Source of the DNA: an uncultured Gemmatimonadaceae bacterium
GTDB taxonomy: Bacteria; Gemmatimonadota; Gemmatimonadetes; Gemmatimonadales; Gemmatimonadaceae
DNA length: 64,000 nucleotides
Assembly (NCBI GenBank): GCA_963781585.1
Contig: CAWAGQ010000003.1
Location: 64,001 to 128,000 of the forward strand
Direction of reading: 5' to 3'
Numbering within the stretch: the stretch's first letter is position 1; the number at the start of each line of letters is the position of its first letter. Shown here piece by piece: positions 24,839 through 35,800 of this stretch. Position numbers and translations under genes: made by a program. The notes beneath the pieces are model-generated. The model saw nothing but the letters and a program-made list of their open reading frames with translations, searched no databases and was not told the origin of the DNA.

Positions 24839-25621
24839 ATGTCCCCGGGAGAAGAGGAACGTCGCGTGCTGTACATCTGTGTTCCCGCATATAACGAAGC
24901 CCCCACCATCGGTGTGCTGCTCTGGCGCATCCAGACGGTCTTTCAGAGCTTCCCGCGCGAATACGAGCTTGTCGTGTTCAACGACGGGAGCACGGACGCG
25001 ACCGCGGAGACGCTGGCTGCCTACTCGGAGGTGCTCCCGCTGGTGGTATTGGGCGGCCTTGATCATGTCGGCTACACGCGTGCCCTCGAGGCCCTCCTGC
25101 AGCACGTCGTACAGGCGTGCCGGTATGTGCGTCGTGACGCGGTAATCGTCATGCAGGGCGACTTTACCGATCAACCGGAACATCTTCCTGAACTCATCCG
25201 GCGCTTCGAAGGAGGCGCCGACATCGTGGTGGCAGAGTCCTCGGTCGATCGGGACACGCCGCAGCCCGTGCGGAGATTGCGGCGCGTCGCCCCGTGGCTC
25301 TTGCGTCATCGCACAACCGTGCCCGGGGTGCGCGATGTGTTCGGATCGTACCGGCTGTTTCGCGTAGCGGTCGTGCGTGATGCCATTCGTGCCGCAGACG
25401 GCGGCCCGCTGATTCACGGCGAGGGCTGGGCAGCGAACCTCGACCTGCTGCTCGCTACCGCGCCGCGCGCCCGCCGGATCGAGGCCGCCCCGCTTCCGTC
25501 CCGGTATGACCTCCGGCCGCGGGCGTCGCGCATTCGGCCGTTCAGCGACGGCCTGCGCCTGTATCGGTCCGCCCGCGCGCTCAACGCACGCCACTCCGCG
25601 ATCACCGGCAGGCCGTCATGA
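24839..25621 (+). CDS. Glycosyltransferase family 2 (DPM synthase-like)
   Basis: ICVPAYNEA, NDGSTD.T, MQGD (DxD variant), GADIVVA. Confidence 0.85.
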   Translation: MSPGEEERRVLYICVPAYNEAPTIGVLLWRIQTVFQSFPREYELVVFNDGSTDATAETLAAYSEVLPLVVLGGLDHVGYTRALEALLQHVVQACRYVRRDAVIVMQGDFTDQPEHLPELIRRFEGGADIVVAESSVDRDTPQPVRRLRRVAPWLLRHRTTVPGVRDVFGSYRLFRVAVVRDAIRAADGGPLIHGEGWAANLDLLLATAPRARRIEAAPLPSRYDLRPRASRIRPFSDGLRLYRSARALNARHSAITGRPS

Positions 25622-26388
25622 GACTTTTCGCCGCAGGGTTGCTCGCGTCGATGCTTCTTCTCCCGCAGGGCGGCCAGCCCACCCGGGATTCCACGGTGGC
25701 GCCCGCTGCCGGGGAGCCCACCGTACCGTTCGGGGTCGGCGAGCGACTCACCTACGACGTGAAGTTCGGCTTCGTCCACGTGGGCGAAGGAAGCATGGAA
25801 ATCATCGGCGTGGAGACCGTGCGCGGAAAGGACGCCTGGCATACGCGTTTCGAGGCGAAGGGCGGGCTGCCCTTCTACCACGTGGATGACATGCTCGAAA
25901 GCTGGATCGACACCGGCGACTTCAACTCGCTGCGGTTCATCCAGGACACCGATGAGGGAGGCAAGACGCGCGAGTATCACTACGAGATCTACCCCGATCG
26001 CGCGATGTTCCAGGAAGGAACGAAGCCGGAAGAGGAATCGGTCCCCAACCCGCTCGACGACGGATCCTTCCTCTACTTCATCCGCACCGTGCCGCTCGAG
26101 GTCGGACATTCCTACGAATTCAACCGCTACTTCCGCCCTGATCGGAACCCGGTCGTCGTGAAGGTCCTGCGGCGCGAACGCATTACCGTACCGGCCGGCG
26201 TCTTCGATGCGATCGTCATCCGCCCGGTCATCAAGAGCAAGGGCATTTTTGCCGAGAAGGGCGAGGCACAGATCTGGCTATCCGACGACAAGGACCGCAT
26301 CATGCTGCAGATGAAGTCGAAGACCAAGATCGGATCGCTCAACCTCTTCCTCAAATCACACCGTCCCCCGAATCGCACGAGCCCATAG
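25618..26388 (+). CDS. DUF3108-like exported protein
   Basis: Signal peptide; PFGVGERLTYDV, ERITVPAGVFDA, IWLSDD..RI. Confidence 0.75.
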   Translation: MRLFAAGLLASMLLLPQGGQPTRDSTVAPAAGEPTVPFGVGERLTYDVKFGFVHVGEGSMEIIGVETVRGKDAWHTRFEAKGGLPFYHVDDMLESWIDTGDFNSLRFIQDTDEGGKTREYHYEIYPDRAMFQEGTKPEEESVPNPLDDGSFLYFIRTVPLEVGHSYEFNRYFRPDRNPVVVKVLRRERITVPAGVFDAIVIRPVIKSKGIFAEKGEAQIWLSDDKDRIMLQMKSKTKIGSLNLFLKSHRPPNRTSP

Positions 26389-27344
26389 GGGCCGGCGAAG
26401 CCGACGTCTCGCGCATTCGCACCGTACCGATTGCGCGCCGGCAGAACAAGGTGAGCGCGGAGGAATTCGCGCACCCGCCGGGCGACGATCGCTCCTTCGG
26501 TGCGTTCCTGAAGGCGCTCCCCGACGTGCTTGCTGCCCGGGATTTCCGAGTGGTCGTGGGGGCCGTTGCGGGCGCAGCGCGGCGCCGGCGCGGCGTCATC
26601 GTCATGCTTGGCGGGCACGTCGTGAAGACCGGGCTCACCCCGATCCTGATCGACCTGATGCGCCGCGGCGTCGTCACCCACGTGGCGATGAACGGCTCGG
26701 CGGCCATTCACGACTACGAGGTGGCACGATTCGGCGCCACTTCGGAGGACGTGGCCGCAGGGCTCCGCGATGGCACGTTCGGGATGGCCGAGGAAACCGG
26801 ACAGGGCATGAACACGGCCATCTCGGGGGGCCGGAGACAGGGTCTCGGGATGGCCGAGGCGATCGCCGCCGCACTGGAGCTCGAGCCGGAGCTGGCACAC
26901 CCGGAGCTGTCGCTCCTTCTGGGATGCCGGCGGCTGGGCGTGCCGGCGACCGTCCACGCGGCGTTAGGCGCGGAGATCGTGCACCAGCATCCGTCGGCCG
27001 ACGGGGCCGCCATTGGCGACACCAGCCTGCGCGACTTCCGCCGGCTGGCGGGCGCCATCCCCACCCTGCACGACGGCGGGGTGGTCCTCAACATCGGAAG
27101 CGCCGTCATCATGCCCGAGGTCTTCCTCAAGGCGTTGACCATCGCGCGCAACCTGAACGACGGGCGACCCGTCGATTTCACCACCTGCGATCTCGACATG
27201 CTGCGGCACTATCGCCCGCGCGCGAACGTGGTCCAACGGCCAACGCTCGCCGGCGGCGCCGGCTACGAGCTCACTGGCCATCACGAAATCATGGTGCCCC
27301 TGCTCGCATGGGCGGTGGTTGAGGCGCTCGACCAGGGGACCTAG
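26385..27344 (+). CDS. Uncharacterised deoxyhypusine-synthase-like fold protein
   Basis: MLGGHVVK.G, HVAMNG.AAIHD, G.FGMAEET, TVH..LG.EIVH, GSAVIMPEVFLKA, GHHE. The frame extends upstream of GTG 26451 to an ATA overlapping the upstream TAG. Confidence 0.7.
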   Translation: MGAGEADVSRIRTVPIARRQNKVSAEEFAHPPGDDRSFGAFLKALPDVLAARDFRVVVGAVAGAARRRRGVIVMLGGHVVKTGLTPILIDLMRRGVVTHVAMNGSAAIHDYEVARFGATSEDVAAGLRDGTFGMAEETGQGMNTAISGGRRQGLGMAEAIAAALELEPELAHPELSLLLGCRRLGVPATVHAALGAEIVHQHPSADGAAIGDTSLRDFRRLAGAIPTLHDGGVVLNIGSAVIMPEVFLKALTIARNLNDGRPVDFTTCDLDMLRHYRPRANVVQRPTLAGGAGYELTGHHEIMVPLLAWAVVEALDQGT

Positions 27345-27412
27345 GTCGGCACGCGCGGGTCACCCGGGTGCTCGCCCCAGACGGTGCTACTTTCACGAAT
27401 CCTGTAATGCCG

Positions 27413-27439
27413 GAGGGGCCGGATTCGATCCGGCCCCTC
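27413..27439. terminator. 11-bp hairpin between convergent genes
   Basis: GAGGGGCCGGA-ttcga-TCCGGCCCCTC. Confidence 0.6.
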
Positions 27440-27512
27440 GGTCCCAGGAATTCCGCTCATCCGTATCAACCGGCGCGGGCTCCGCTCCGGGCCGCCGATC
27501 GGGTGCGGCTGC

Positions 27513-27737
27513 TCACATCGCGTTGCCCGACCAGCGCTCGCGCAACCGGCGCGCAGTCTCGGGACTGACGATGCGAATGACCAGGTATAGCACGGCCCCG
27601 ACGATGGCCGCGAAAACTGCCCAGCGTAAAAGCAGCATGAGGATTACGAAGAATACGCCGAAGACGCCAAAAGCCAGCTTGAGGAGAAACAAGCCCCCGA
27701 TAGCGAAGAGGCCGATCATGAGGATGGTGCGGAGCAT
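27513..27737 (-). CDS. Small membrane protein (74 aa)
   Basis: Two to three hydrophobic helices and a basic tail. Confidence 0.7.
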   Translation of the reverse strand: MLRTILMIGLFAIGGLFLLKLAFGVFGVFFVILMLLLRWAVFAAIVGAVLYLVIRIVSPETARRLRERWSGNAM

Positions 27738-28130
27738 GCGGAAGTTCCCCGGTTACAGGTCTAGGCATCCTACGCTGTGATACGTTGCGTGGTTTCATCG
27801 CGCTGCGACTGGCCAGCCTGGTCAGGTCTGGCTGGTCGCGCATCAGAAATTGTGCGGAGGGAGCGCGGTTTTCCACCGCGATTGGCTTCCGGCCCAGGAC
27901 CCAGGGCCTCGGACTCGGGTCCCGGGCCCGGACCCGCGCTTCGGGCGTCTGTTACTGGCCTTCGCCGGAGCCCTCATTCCCCGCGTGTCCTTCGATAACT
28001 TTCGGACTGCGAGATAGACGGTTATTCAACTGCTGCAGCCTACGACCCGGGCTTAGATTGCCCGGCCGTCTGTGACCTCGCTCGACCGAAATCCCCACTT
28101 CGTAACCACCGAATCAATGACGGGTCGCTG

Positions 28131-29039
28131 ATGCCCGAGGCTCTCTACCAGATCCTGGGCAGGCATCGCAGCACACCGCTTCCGGAGCGCAAGCCGGGTT
28201 GGCTCAAGGTCCGTGCGCCGGGAGGTCCGAATTACGCCCGCCTCAAGCAGCTCATGCGCGAGCTGCGGCTGCACACCGTCTGCGAGGAGGCCCATTGCCC
28301 CAACGTCGGCGAGTGTTGGGAGCATGGCACAGCGACGTTCATGATTCTGGGTGACGTATGCACGCGCAACTGCGGGTACTGCGCCGTGTCGCATGGTCGC
28401 CCGCCCGCCTACGACGTCGAGGAACCCGAGCGCGTGGCGTCAGCCGTGGCCGGGATGTCGTTGCGCCATGCCGTGATTACCTCGGTCGACCGGGATGACC
28501 TCCCCGATTTCGGAGCGTTCATCTTCGCGGAAACGATTCGCCGTATTCATGGACGGCTTCCGACGTGCTCGGTAGAAGTGCTGGTCCCGGATTTTCAGGG
28601 TGTCGAGGCGTCGATCGACGCCGTGCTGGAGGCGCGACCGGAGATCTACAATCACAATACCGAGACCGTGCCACGCCTCTACAAGCGGGCGCGTCCCGGT
28701 GGTCGCTACGAGCGGGTGATGCGGATCTTCGAACACGTCAAGCGAACGGCGCCTGACATTCCCACCAAGACCGGGATGATTCTGGGACTGGGAGAGACAC
28801 CGGACGAGGTTCTGGCGGTCATGCGCGAGCTCCGGGAGGTGGAGGTCGACATCCTGACTCTCGGCCAGTATCTGCGGCCGTCGAACGATCACCTTCCGCT
28901 GGACCGGTACTACGCGCCTGACGAGTTCCGCGCGCTCCGCGACGCCGGCCAGATGATGGGCTTCCGGCACGTGGAGGCGGGACCGCTGGTGCGGTCGAGC
29001 TATCACGCCTGGGAGCAGGTGCAGGCTGCCGGCGTATGA
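28131..29039 (+). CDS. lipA: Lipoyl synthase
   Basis: CEEAHCPNVGEC, CTRNCGYC, NHNTETV, VRSSYHA. Confidence 0.98.
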   Translation: MPEALYQILGRHRSTPLPERKPGWLKVRAPGGPNYARLKQLMRELRLHTVCEEAHCPNVGECWEHGTATFMILGDVCTRNCGYCAVSHGRPPAYDVEEPERVASAVAGMSLRHAVITSVDRDDLPDFGAFIFAETIRRIHGRLPTCSVEVLVPDFQGVEASIDAVLEARPEIYNHNTETVPRLYKRARPGGRYERVMRIFEHVKRTAPDIPTKTGMILGLGETPDEVLAVMRELREVEVDILTLGQYLRPSNDHLPLDRYYAPDEFRALRDAGQMMGFRHVEAGPLVRSSYHAWEQVQAAGV

Positions 29040-29130
29040 ACCCCTGGCAGGCAGCCCGGGCGATCGCACACGACGAGGTGCGCGGGCACCGTGTTTTTCC
29101 GGCGCGGCTGGCCGCGGCAAGGTGGGAAGC

Positions 29131-30165
29131 GTGACGTCGGCGGTACGGAAAGCGAAGCAGAAGCCTGACCCGGTGGCCGACGCGCCCGCCGCCGCGGACG
29201 GCGCGCTGCGGCATCGACTGCTGCGGGCCATGCTGCTGCAGCGACGCTTCGAGGAGCGCTGCGCGGAAGCGTACGCGTTAGGCCGCATCGGCGGATTCTG
29301 TCATCTGTACATCGGACAGGAAGCCGTGGGCACCGGTGCGATTTCGACCATTCGCCCCGACGACTATGTGATCACGACCTATCGCGACCATGGCCAGGCG
29401 CTGGCCCGCGGCGTCGCGCCGAGGGCGGTCATGTCCGAGGTCTTCGGGCGGGTGGACGGATGCGCGCACGGGAAGGGCGGTTCGATGCATCTGTTCGACC
29501 GCTCGGTGAATTTCCTTGGCGGCCATGGTATCGTGGGTGGACACATCCCGCTTGCCGCGGGCGTCGGGTTCGCGGTCAAGTATCGGGGCGGCGACCAGGT
29601 CTGCCTGTGTTTCATGGGGGAATCGGTGGTCAACACCGGCGCTTTCCACGAGGCCCTCAACATGGCCGCCCTGTGGAAGCTTCCCGTGGTGTACCTGATC
29701 GAGAACAATCGCTACGGGATGGGCACGGCGGTCGAACGCGCGTCGTCCATCCACGACATCTACATGCGCGCCGCGTCGTACGACATGCCCCGCGGCGTGG
29801 TGGACGGTCAGGATGTCATGGCGGTCCGCGATGCAACCGCCGAGGCGGTCGACCGCGCGCGCGCTGACTCCGTCCCCACACTCCTGGAAGTGCGCACGTA
29901 TCGGTTCATGGGCCATTCCATGTCGGATGCGGTCTCCGGCACGTATCGATCAAAGGCCGAACTCGAAGAGTACATGAAGCGCGATCCGATCATGGTCCTT
30001 CGGATGCGCATGCAGGAAACGGGGGAGATCGATGACGCGGGGATGAGCAAACTCGACGAGGAGGTCAAGGCCGAAGTGCAGGACGCCTGGGACTTCGCCG
30101 AGGCCAGTCCCGAGCCGCCGGTGGAGAGTCTGCTCGAGGACGTGACCGTTGACACGACCACCTGA
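29131..30165 (+). CDS. pdhA: Pyruvate dehydrogenase E1 alpha
   Basis: GGFCHLYIGQEA, GKGGSMH, ENNRYGMGT, TYRFMGHSMSD. Confidence 0.95.
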   Translation: MTSAVRKAKQKPDPVADAPAAADGALRHRLLRAMLLQRRFEERCAEAYALGRIGGFCHLYIGQEAVGTGAISTIRPDDYVITTYRDHGQALARGVAPRAVMSEVFGRVDGCAHGKGGSMHLFDRSVNFLGGHGIVGGHIPLAAGVGFAVKYRGGDQVCLCFMGESVVNTGAFHEALNMAALWKLPVVYLIENNRYGMGTAVERASSIHDIYMRAASYDMPRGVVDGQDVMAVRDATAEAVDRARADSVPTLLEVRTYRFMGHSMSDAVSGTYRSKAELEEYMKRDPIMVLRMRMQETGEIDDAGMSKLDEEVKAEVQDAWDFAEASPEPPVESLLEDVTVDTTT

Positions 30166-30245
30166 CGCGCGACGCCTGCCGTTCGGCAGCGAGACGGGAC
30201 ATCGCGTGGCGACGTCGAGCGGACCCGTGATGGCGGGCGTCTGAC

Positions 30246-31226
30246 ATGCCGACCATCACCTATCGCGACGCCCTGAACCAGGCGCTTCGCGAGGAAATGC
30301 TGCGCGACGACCGCGTCTTCCTGATGGGAGAGGAGGTCGGCGTGTATCAGGGGGCGTACAAGGTCTCGAAGGGACTGTTGCAGGAATTCGGCGAGATGCG
30401 CGTCGTGGACACGCCCATCACCGAACTGGGATTTGCCGGCGTCGGAGTGGGGGCCGCGATGGCCGGCCTGCGACCGGTGATCGAGTTCATGACCTGGAAT
30501 TTCGCCCTCCTCGCCATGGACCAGGTGGTGAACAACGCGGCCAAGATCCTGTACATGTCGGGCGGACAGTTCAACATCCCGATTGTCTTTCGCGGACCGA
30601 ACGGCGCTGCGCTGCAGTTGTCGGCGCAGCACTCGCAGGCGTGGGATGCCTGGCTGGCGCACATTCCGGGCCTCAAGGTCGTCTCACCCGGCACCCCCTA
30701 CGACGCCAAGGGGCTGTTGAAGAGCGCGGTGCGCGATGACAATCCGGTGATCGTGCTGGAGGGCGAGATGCTCTACAACACCAGGGGCGACGTGCCGGCG
30801 GAGGACTACGTGATCCCGATCGGCCAGGCCGATCTGAAGCGGGAAGGCGAGCACTGTACCCTCGTGACCTACGGGAAGTCCGTGCTGCTGGCCACCCAGG
30901 TCGCCGATCAGCTGAACAAGGAGGGGATCCGGGTGGACGTGGTGGACCTTCGGACCACGCGCCCCATGGACGTCGACTCGATCGTGGCGTCGGTGCGGAA
31001 GACGAATCGCGCCGTGGTGCTGGAGGAAGGCTGGGAGGTCTGCGGTGTGGGAGCGCAGGTCGTGGACTATGTGCAGCGCTTCTGCTTCGACGATCTGGAT
31101 GCGCCTGTGGTGCGGGTGACCCAGGCCGACGCCCCGATGCCGTACGCGAGGAATCTGGAACGGGCGGCGAAGCCCGATGCCGCGAAGACGATCGCCGCGG
31201 TAAAGCGCGTGATGTATCTCGAATAG
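30246..31226 (+). CDS. pdhB: Pyruvate dehydrogenase E1 beta
   Basis: GEEV..Y.GAYKVS, DTPITE.GF, EFMTWNF, FRGPNG, QHSQ. Confidence 0.96.
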   Translation: MPTITYRDALNQALREEMLRDDRVFLMGEEVGVYQGAYKVSKGLLQEFGEMRVVDTPITELGFAGVGVGAAMAGLRPVIEFMTWNFALLAMDQVVNNAAKILYMSGGQFNIPIVFRGPNGAALQLSAQHSQAWDAWLAHIPGLKVVSPGTPYDAKGLLKSAVRDDNPVIVLEGEMLYNTRGDVPAEDYVIPIGQADLKREGEHCTLVTYGKSVLLATQVADQLNKEGIRVDVVDLRTTRPMDVDSIVASVRKTNRAVVLEEGWEVCGVGAQVVDYVQRFCFDDLDAPVVRVTQADAPMPYARNLERAAKPDAAKTIAAVKRVMYLE

Positions 31227-31293
31227 GAGCGGCTGGCGAAGAGCGGGAGAAGCTGCGCGGACTGGTTTCCCGCCCCACTGACCTGGAATTGCC

Positions 31294-32661
31294 ATGGCGA
31301 CCAAGGTTTTCATGGAGGCGCTTTCACCGACGATGGAGGAAGGCCGCCTCGTCAAGTGGATCAAGAACGAAGGCGATGCGGTGAAGAGCGGAGAAACGCT
31401 CGCCGAGATAGAGACCGACAAGGCGATCATGGAGCTCGTGGCGCGCGGTGAGGGCGTGCTGCGAAAGCGCCTGCTCGAGGAAGATGGAACCGCGCCCGTC
31501 GGCTCGATCATCGCTGTCATAGCCGCGCCTGACGAGAACATCGACGCACTGGTGGCGGCCGCGGCGCAGAAGGCGACGCCGGCAGAGGCCGCAAGCGGGT
31601 CAGCGTCTGCCGGAGGAGCATCCCTCGCACAACCGGCCAAAGCCTCCGGGGGCCCCCCCCCGCAAAGCGAATCTACACCCTCCCCCGCGGCCAGCCATCA
31701 CCAAACCGTCGCGCCGCCAAGCGTATCGCCCCGCTCGCCGGCACCACCCGCTCGAGGTGCGCCCACACCGTCCCGTGCTCCGACACCCGGCGACGGCCGG
31801 ACGCGATCCTCTCCACTCGCCCGCAGACTGGCCTCGGAACGGGGACTCGACGTCCGAGCGCTGCAGGGATCGGGTCCCGGAGGCCGGGTAATCAGACGCG
31901 ACATCGAGTCGGCATTGACCTCCGTGCCCGCCGCCACCGGTCCGGGGCGGCAACGCGCGACCCCGGTTGCGTCCGGAGCGGACTTCGAGGATGTCCCCCT
32001 CACGCAGATCCGGAAGACCATCGCGAGACGGCTGGCTGAGTCACTCGGTCCCATCCCGACGTTCTATCTCACCGCCGAATACGACATGGAGCAACTGGCC
32101 GGGTTGCGCACAGCAATGGCGGAACTGGGCGACGAATACCGGGTGTCGTTCAACGATATCATGCTCAAGGCGACCGCCGCTGCCCTGACGCTGCACCGTG
32201 AGTGCAACGCGCACTGGATGGGTGACCACATCCGGTACTTCAACCGCGTCCATCTGGGAATGGCCGTCGCCGTCGAAGACGGTCTCATCACCCCCGTCCT
32301 GTTCGACGCTGATCAGAAGGGACTCGGCGCCATCGCCCGGGAAGCCCGCGACCTGGCTGCCCGCGCGCGTGAGCGTCGCCTGGCCCCCGAGGAGTACACC
32401 GGCTCCACGTTCTCCGTCTCCAACCTTGGCATGTTCGGGATTTCGCATTTCACGGCGATCATCAATCCGCCGGAGTGCGGAATTATTGCCGTGGGAAGTG
32501 TGGAGACGCAGCCGGTCGCGCACGACGGAACGTTGGCCATGCGACGTCGCATGCGGGTGACGATGAGCTGTGACCACCGCGTCATCGATGGCGCAACCGG
32601 CGCGAGGTTTCTGCAGACGCTTCGTCGCCTGATCGAGAATCCGCTGCTGCTGGTGTACTGA
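31294..32661 (+). CDS. pdhC: Dihydrolipoamide acetyltransferase E2
   Basis: Lipoyl ETDKA, E3-binding SPLARRLA..GSGPGGR, DHRVIDG. Confidence 0.96.
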   Translation: MATKVFMEALSPTMEEGRLVKWIKNEGDAVKSGETLAEIETDKAIMELVARGEGVLRKRLLEEDGTAPVGSIIAVIAAPDENIDALVAAAAQKATPAEAASGSASAGGASLAQPAKASGGPPPQSESTPSPAASHHQTVAPPSVSPRSPAPPARGAPTPSRAPTPGDGRTRSSPLARRLASERGLDVRALQGSGPGGRVIRRDIESALTSVPAATGPGRQRATPVASGADFEDVPLTQIRKTIARRLAESLGPIPTFYLTAEYDMEQLAGLRTAMAELGDEYRVSFNDIMLKATAAALTLHRECNAHWMGDHIRYFNRVHLGMAVAVEDGLITPVLFDADQKGLGAIAREARDLAARARERRLAPEEYTGSTFSVSNLGMFGISHFTAIINPPECGIIAVGSVETQPVAHDGTLAMRRRMRVTMSCDHRVIDGATGARFLQTLRRLIENPLLLVY

Positions 32662-32843
32662 CCAGCGCCTGCGGGCGTCGGGTGACGCGAGCCATTCCCC
32701 CGACGCGATGCCGAACACATCTTTCGCGGCAATCCCGACCGTTCAGCGGCGACGCCAGCATCACACCGGGCAAGGCGTTGCGCGCGCCGAGCGCGGCGCG
32801 TCAGCAGAACGGCCACGAATTCCAGACGCATTCTTCCCCGCAC

Positions 32844-35800
32844 ATGGCGAACACCGGCCACCGGCAACCCGGGATCTGCCGATCACCGCGGAACCCGTCC
32901 GCGGGTCGCGCCGCACGCCTAACGATGATGGCTGCGCTGGCCGCGGCATGCGCGCGGAGCGACCGGCACGGTGTGACCGAACCGCCGCAGGGATTCCAGA
33001 CGGCGGCACTTGCCGTGTCGGTGAGTGGACTTCCTGACGGCGCCGGCGCCGACATCGAGATCACCGGACCCGGTGGCTACGTCATTACGCTGGCGCGCGA
33101 TCAGACTCTCACGGGACTGACCCCCGGCACCTACACGTTCCAGATAGGGACCGTCCACAGCGGGGGCTTCAGCTACGCCGCCGGCCCGTCTTCCAGGACG
33201 GTCACGATCTCCGCCGGATCCACGCCCGTGAACGTGCCGATCGCGTACTCGCTGATCACCGGCGCCCTCACCGTCACCATTTCCGGCCTGCCCGATGGTA
33301 CGTCGTCGGTGGTCACGGTCAGCGGCCCCGCCGGATATCACGCGACCTTGTCGTTGAGCACCACCCTGTCCGACCTCGAGCCCGGAACGTACACGCTCAC
33401 GGGCACACCGGTTGCGGCCGGATCGGATACCTACGACGTGGCCGCGCCCGTCGGCGCGAGCGTCGTTGCCTCGCTCACGCCGACCGCGGCAACCGTCGGC
33501 TATCAGATCACCACCGGCCGACTCGACGTCTCTGTCACGGGCCTCCCGGGAGGGACCGACGCGTCGGTCCACGTGGCTGGGCCGAACGCATTCTCAGCGC
33601 AGGTCACCGCAACCACGACGCTGTCCGGGCTCACTCCTGGTGCGTATGCGGTCACTGCCACGAGCGTCCCCGCCGGTCAGGACTCCTACACCCCGCTGCC
33701 ATCCACTCAGTCGGCAGACGTCGTCGCGTCCGTGACCCCCACGCCGGTCTCGGTGGCGTACGCCATTACAACCGGCCGCCTCGACGTCTCCGTCACAGGC
33801 CTGCCCGGCGCCACGTCCGGAGACGTGACCGTCACCGGCCCAAGCGGATTTCACGCGAGCGTCGGGGCCAGCACGACGCTCACTGCGCTCGTGCCGGGAA
33901 CCTATACCGTCGCTGCGGCCAGCGTCCCGTCCGGGGCTAACGTCTATGCGCCATCCGTGACATCACAGGCCGTCATCGTGACCGCATCGGTTACGCCGGC
34001 GACCGCCGTCGTGACGTACGCGCTTCAGCCGGGAGCGCTTCACGTGGCGGTCGGCGGACTGCCCGGAGGTGTGAACGCAGCGGTGTCGGTCTCCGGTCCG
34101 GAGGGATTCCTGGCGTCGCTGTCGGCGACCCAGACGCTCTCGAATCTCACGCCGGGAGCCTACGTCATCACGGCCAACACCGTGTCCAGCGGCGGCACGA
34201 CGTACGACGCGTCGCCGACGTCCCAGAACGCCACGGTGACGTCAAACGCGACGGCGTCCGCATCCGTGACCTACACGCCGGGCGCGGCCGCGATCAACCT
34301 GACGATCGATGATCTCTACATCACGCAGGTGGTTCAGACGCTCACCGGTAACGTTCCTCTCGTAGCAGGCCGCGACGGTCTCCTCCGGGTGTTCGTGCGC
34401 GCCACGCAGGCCAACAATGCGCATCCTGACGTCCGCGTACGTTTCTACAGCGGTGGCAACCTGGCGAGTACGGTGACGATCACCGCACCTGGCACTTCCG
34501 TCCCGACCAGCATCAACGAGGGGTTACTGCTGTCAACCTGGAACGTGGTCGTACCGGCGGCGCTCCTGCAGCCGGGGCTCGCGGTGGTGGCGGATGTGGA
34601 TCCGGGGAACGTGGTGGGCGAATCGGACGAGGCCGACAACTCGTATCCTGTGTCCGGTACGCCGCTCACCCTCGACGTGCGCAACGTGTCACCGTTCTCG
34701 TTCCGCATGGTCCCGGTCAACCAGATCGCGAACAGCACAACCGGCAACGTGACCGCGGGAAACATCGATCAGTTCCTCACGACACTGAGGCAGATCTATC
34801 CGCTCCTCACCGTCGATACCGACCTGCGCGCCACCTACACCACTGCCGCACCCGCGCTGGAATCGAACGATGGCAATGGCGCGTGGCTGCAGATCCTGAG
34901 CGAGGTGAACGCCCTGCGCACGGCAGACGGATCGTCCCGATACTATTTCGGCGTGGTGCACACCATCTACCACTCCGGGGTCGCGGGCCTCGGATATGTA
35001 CCCGGTCACGCGGCGATTGGGTGGGACTACCTCCCGAGCGCCACCACGGTGACAGCGCACGAGGTGGGCCACAACTTCGGCCGCTGGCATGCTCCCTGTG
35101 GCAACCCGTCGGCTGTGGATCCGCTGTATCCGTACGCGGGAGGCGCCATCGGCGTCTACGGCTACGACGCGACCAGCGGCGTGCTCAAGCCACCAACGAA
35201 TTCGGACCTGATGGGGTATTGCTCCAATGTCTGGATCAGCGACTACAACTACGTGGGGGTGCTGAACTACCGCACCGCGCACCCCGACGTCGTGACCGCA
35301 GGCTTCGGCAACGTGCGGCAGCCAGCGCTGCTGCTCTGGGGAAGAGTGCACAACGGGCGGGTCATACTTGAACCGGCGTACGAGATCGAAGCGCCACCTC
35401 AGCTCCCCGCTCACCCTGGCCGAAACCTCCTCGAGGGCCTTGGAACTTCCGGCGAAATACTTCTTTCCCTGTCGTTCGACGGGGAGCAGGTGGCCGATGC
35501 CGTCGACCCGGACGAGCAGACGTTCGCTTTCGCCGTGCCGCTGGCAACGCTCCGGGGGAGAAGCCTCGCCCGACTGCGCCTTACGGCCTTGGGCCAGCAG
35601 GTTGAGCTGCGGAGCGCCGGCGCACCCGGTGACCCCGTCATTGTCGACGCAGCGGGAGCCCCAACGGCCACGCGAGCCGGGGCCGGCGCACTGCGTGTCC
35701 GCTGGTCGGAGCCGACTGTGAGAGGCGTGCTGATTCGTGACGCCCGAACCGGCGAGATCCTGAGCTTCGCCCACGGCGGAGATGTCACGCTCCGGAGCAC

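Noticed and set aside
27413..27439. tRNA fragment (GGATTCGATCC resembles a T-loop)
   Set aside because: No cloverleaf or CCA end; it is a simple hairpin between convergent genes.
27885..27945. GGRCCC-rich degenerate repeat upstream of lipA
   Set aside because: Period is irregular (6-7 nt) and could arise from high GC content alone.
31560..31800. Pro/Ala/Ser-rich stretch in pdhC as an insertion
   Set aside because: Ordinary flexible linker of E2 subunits.
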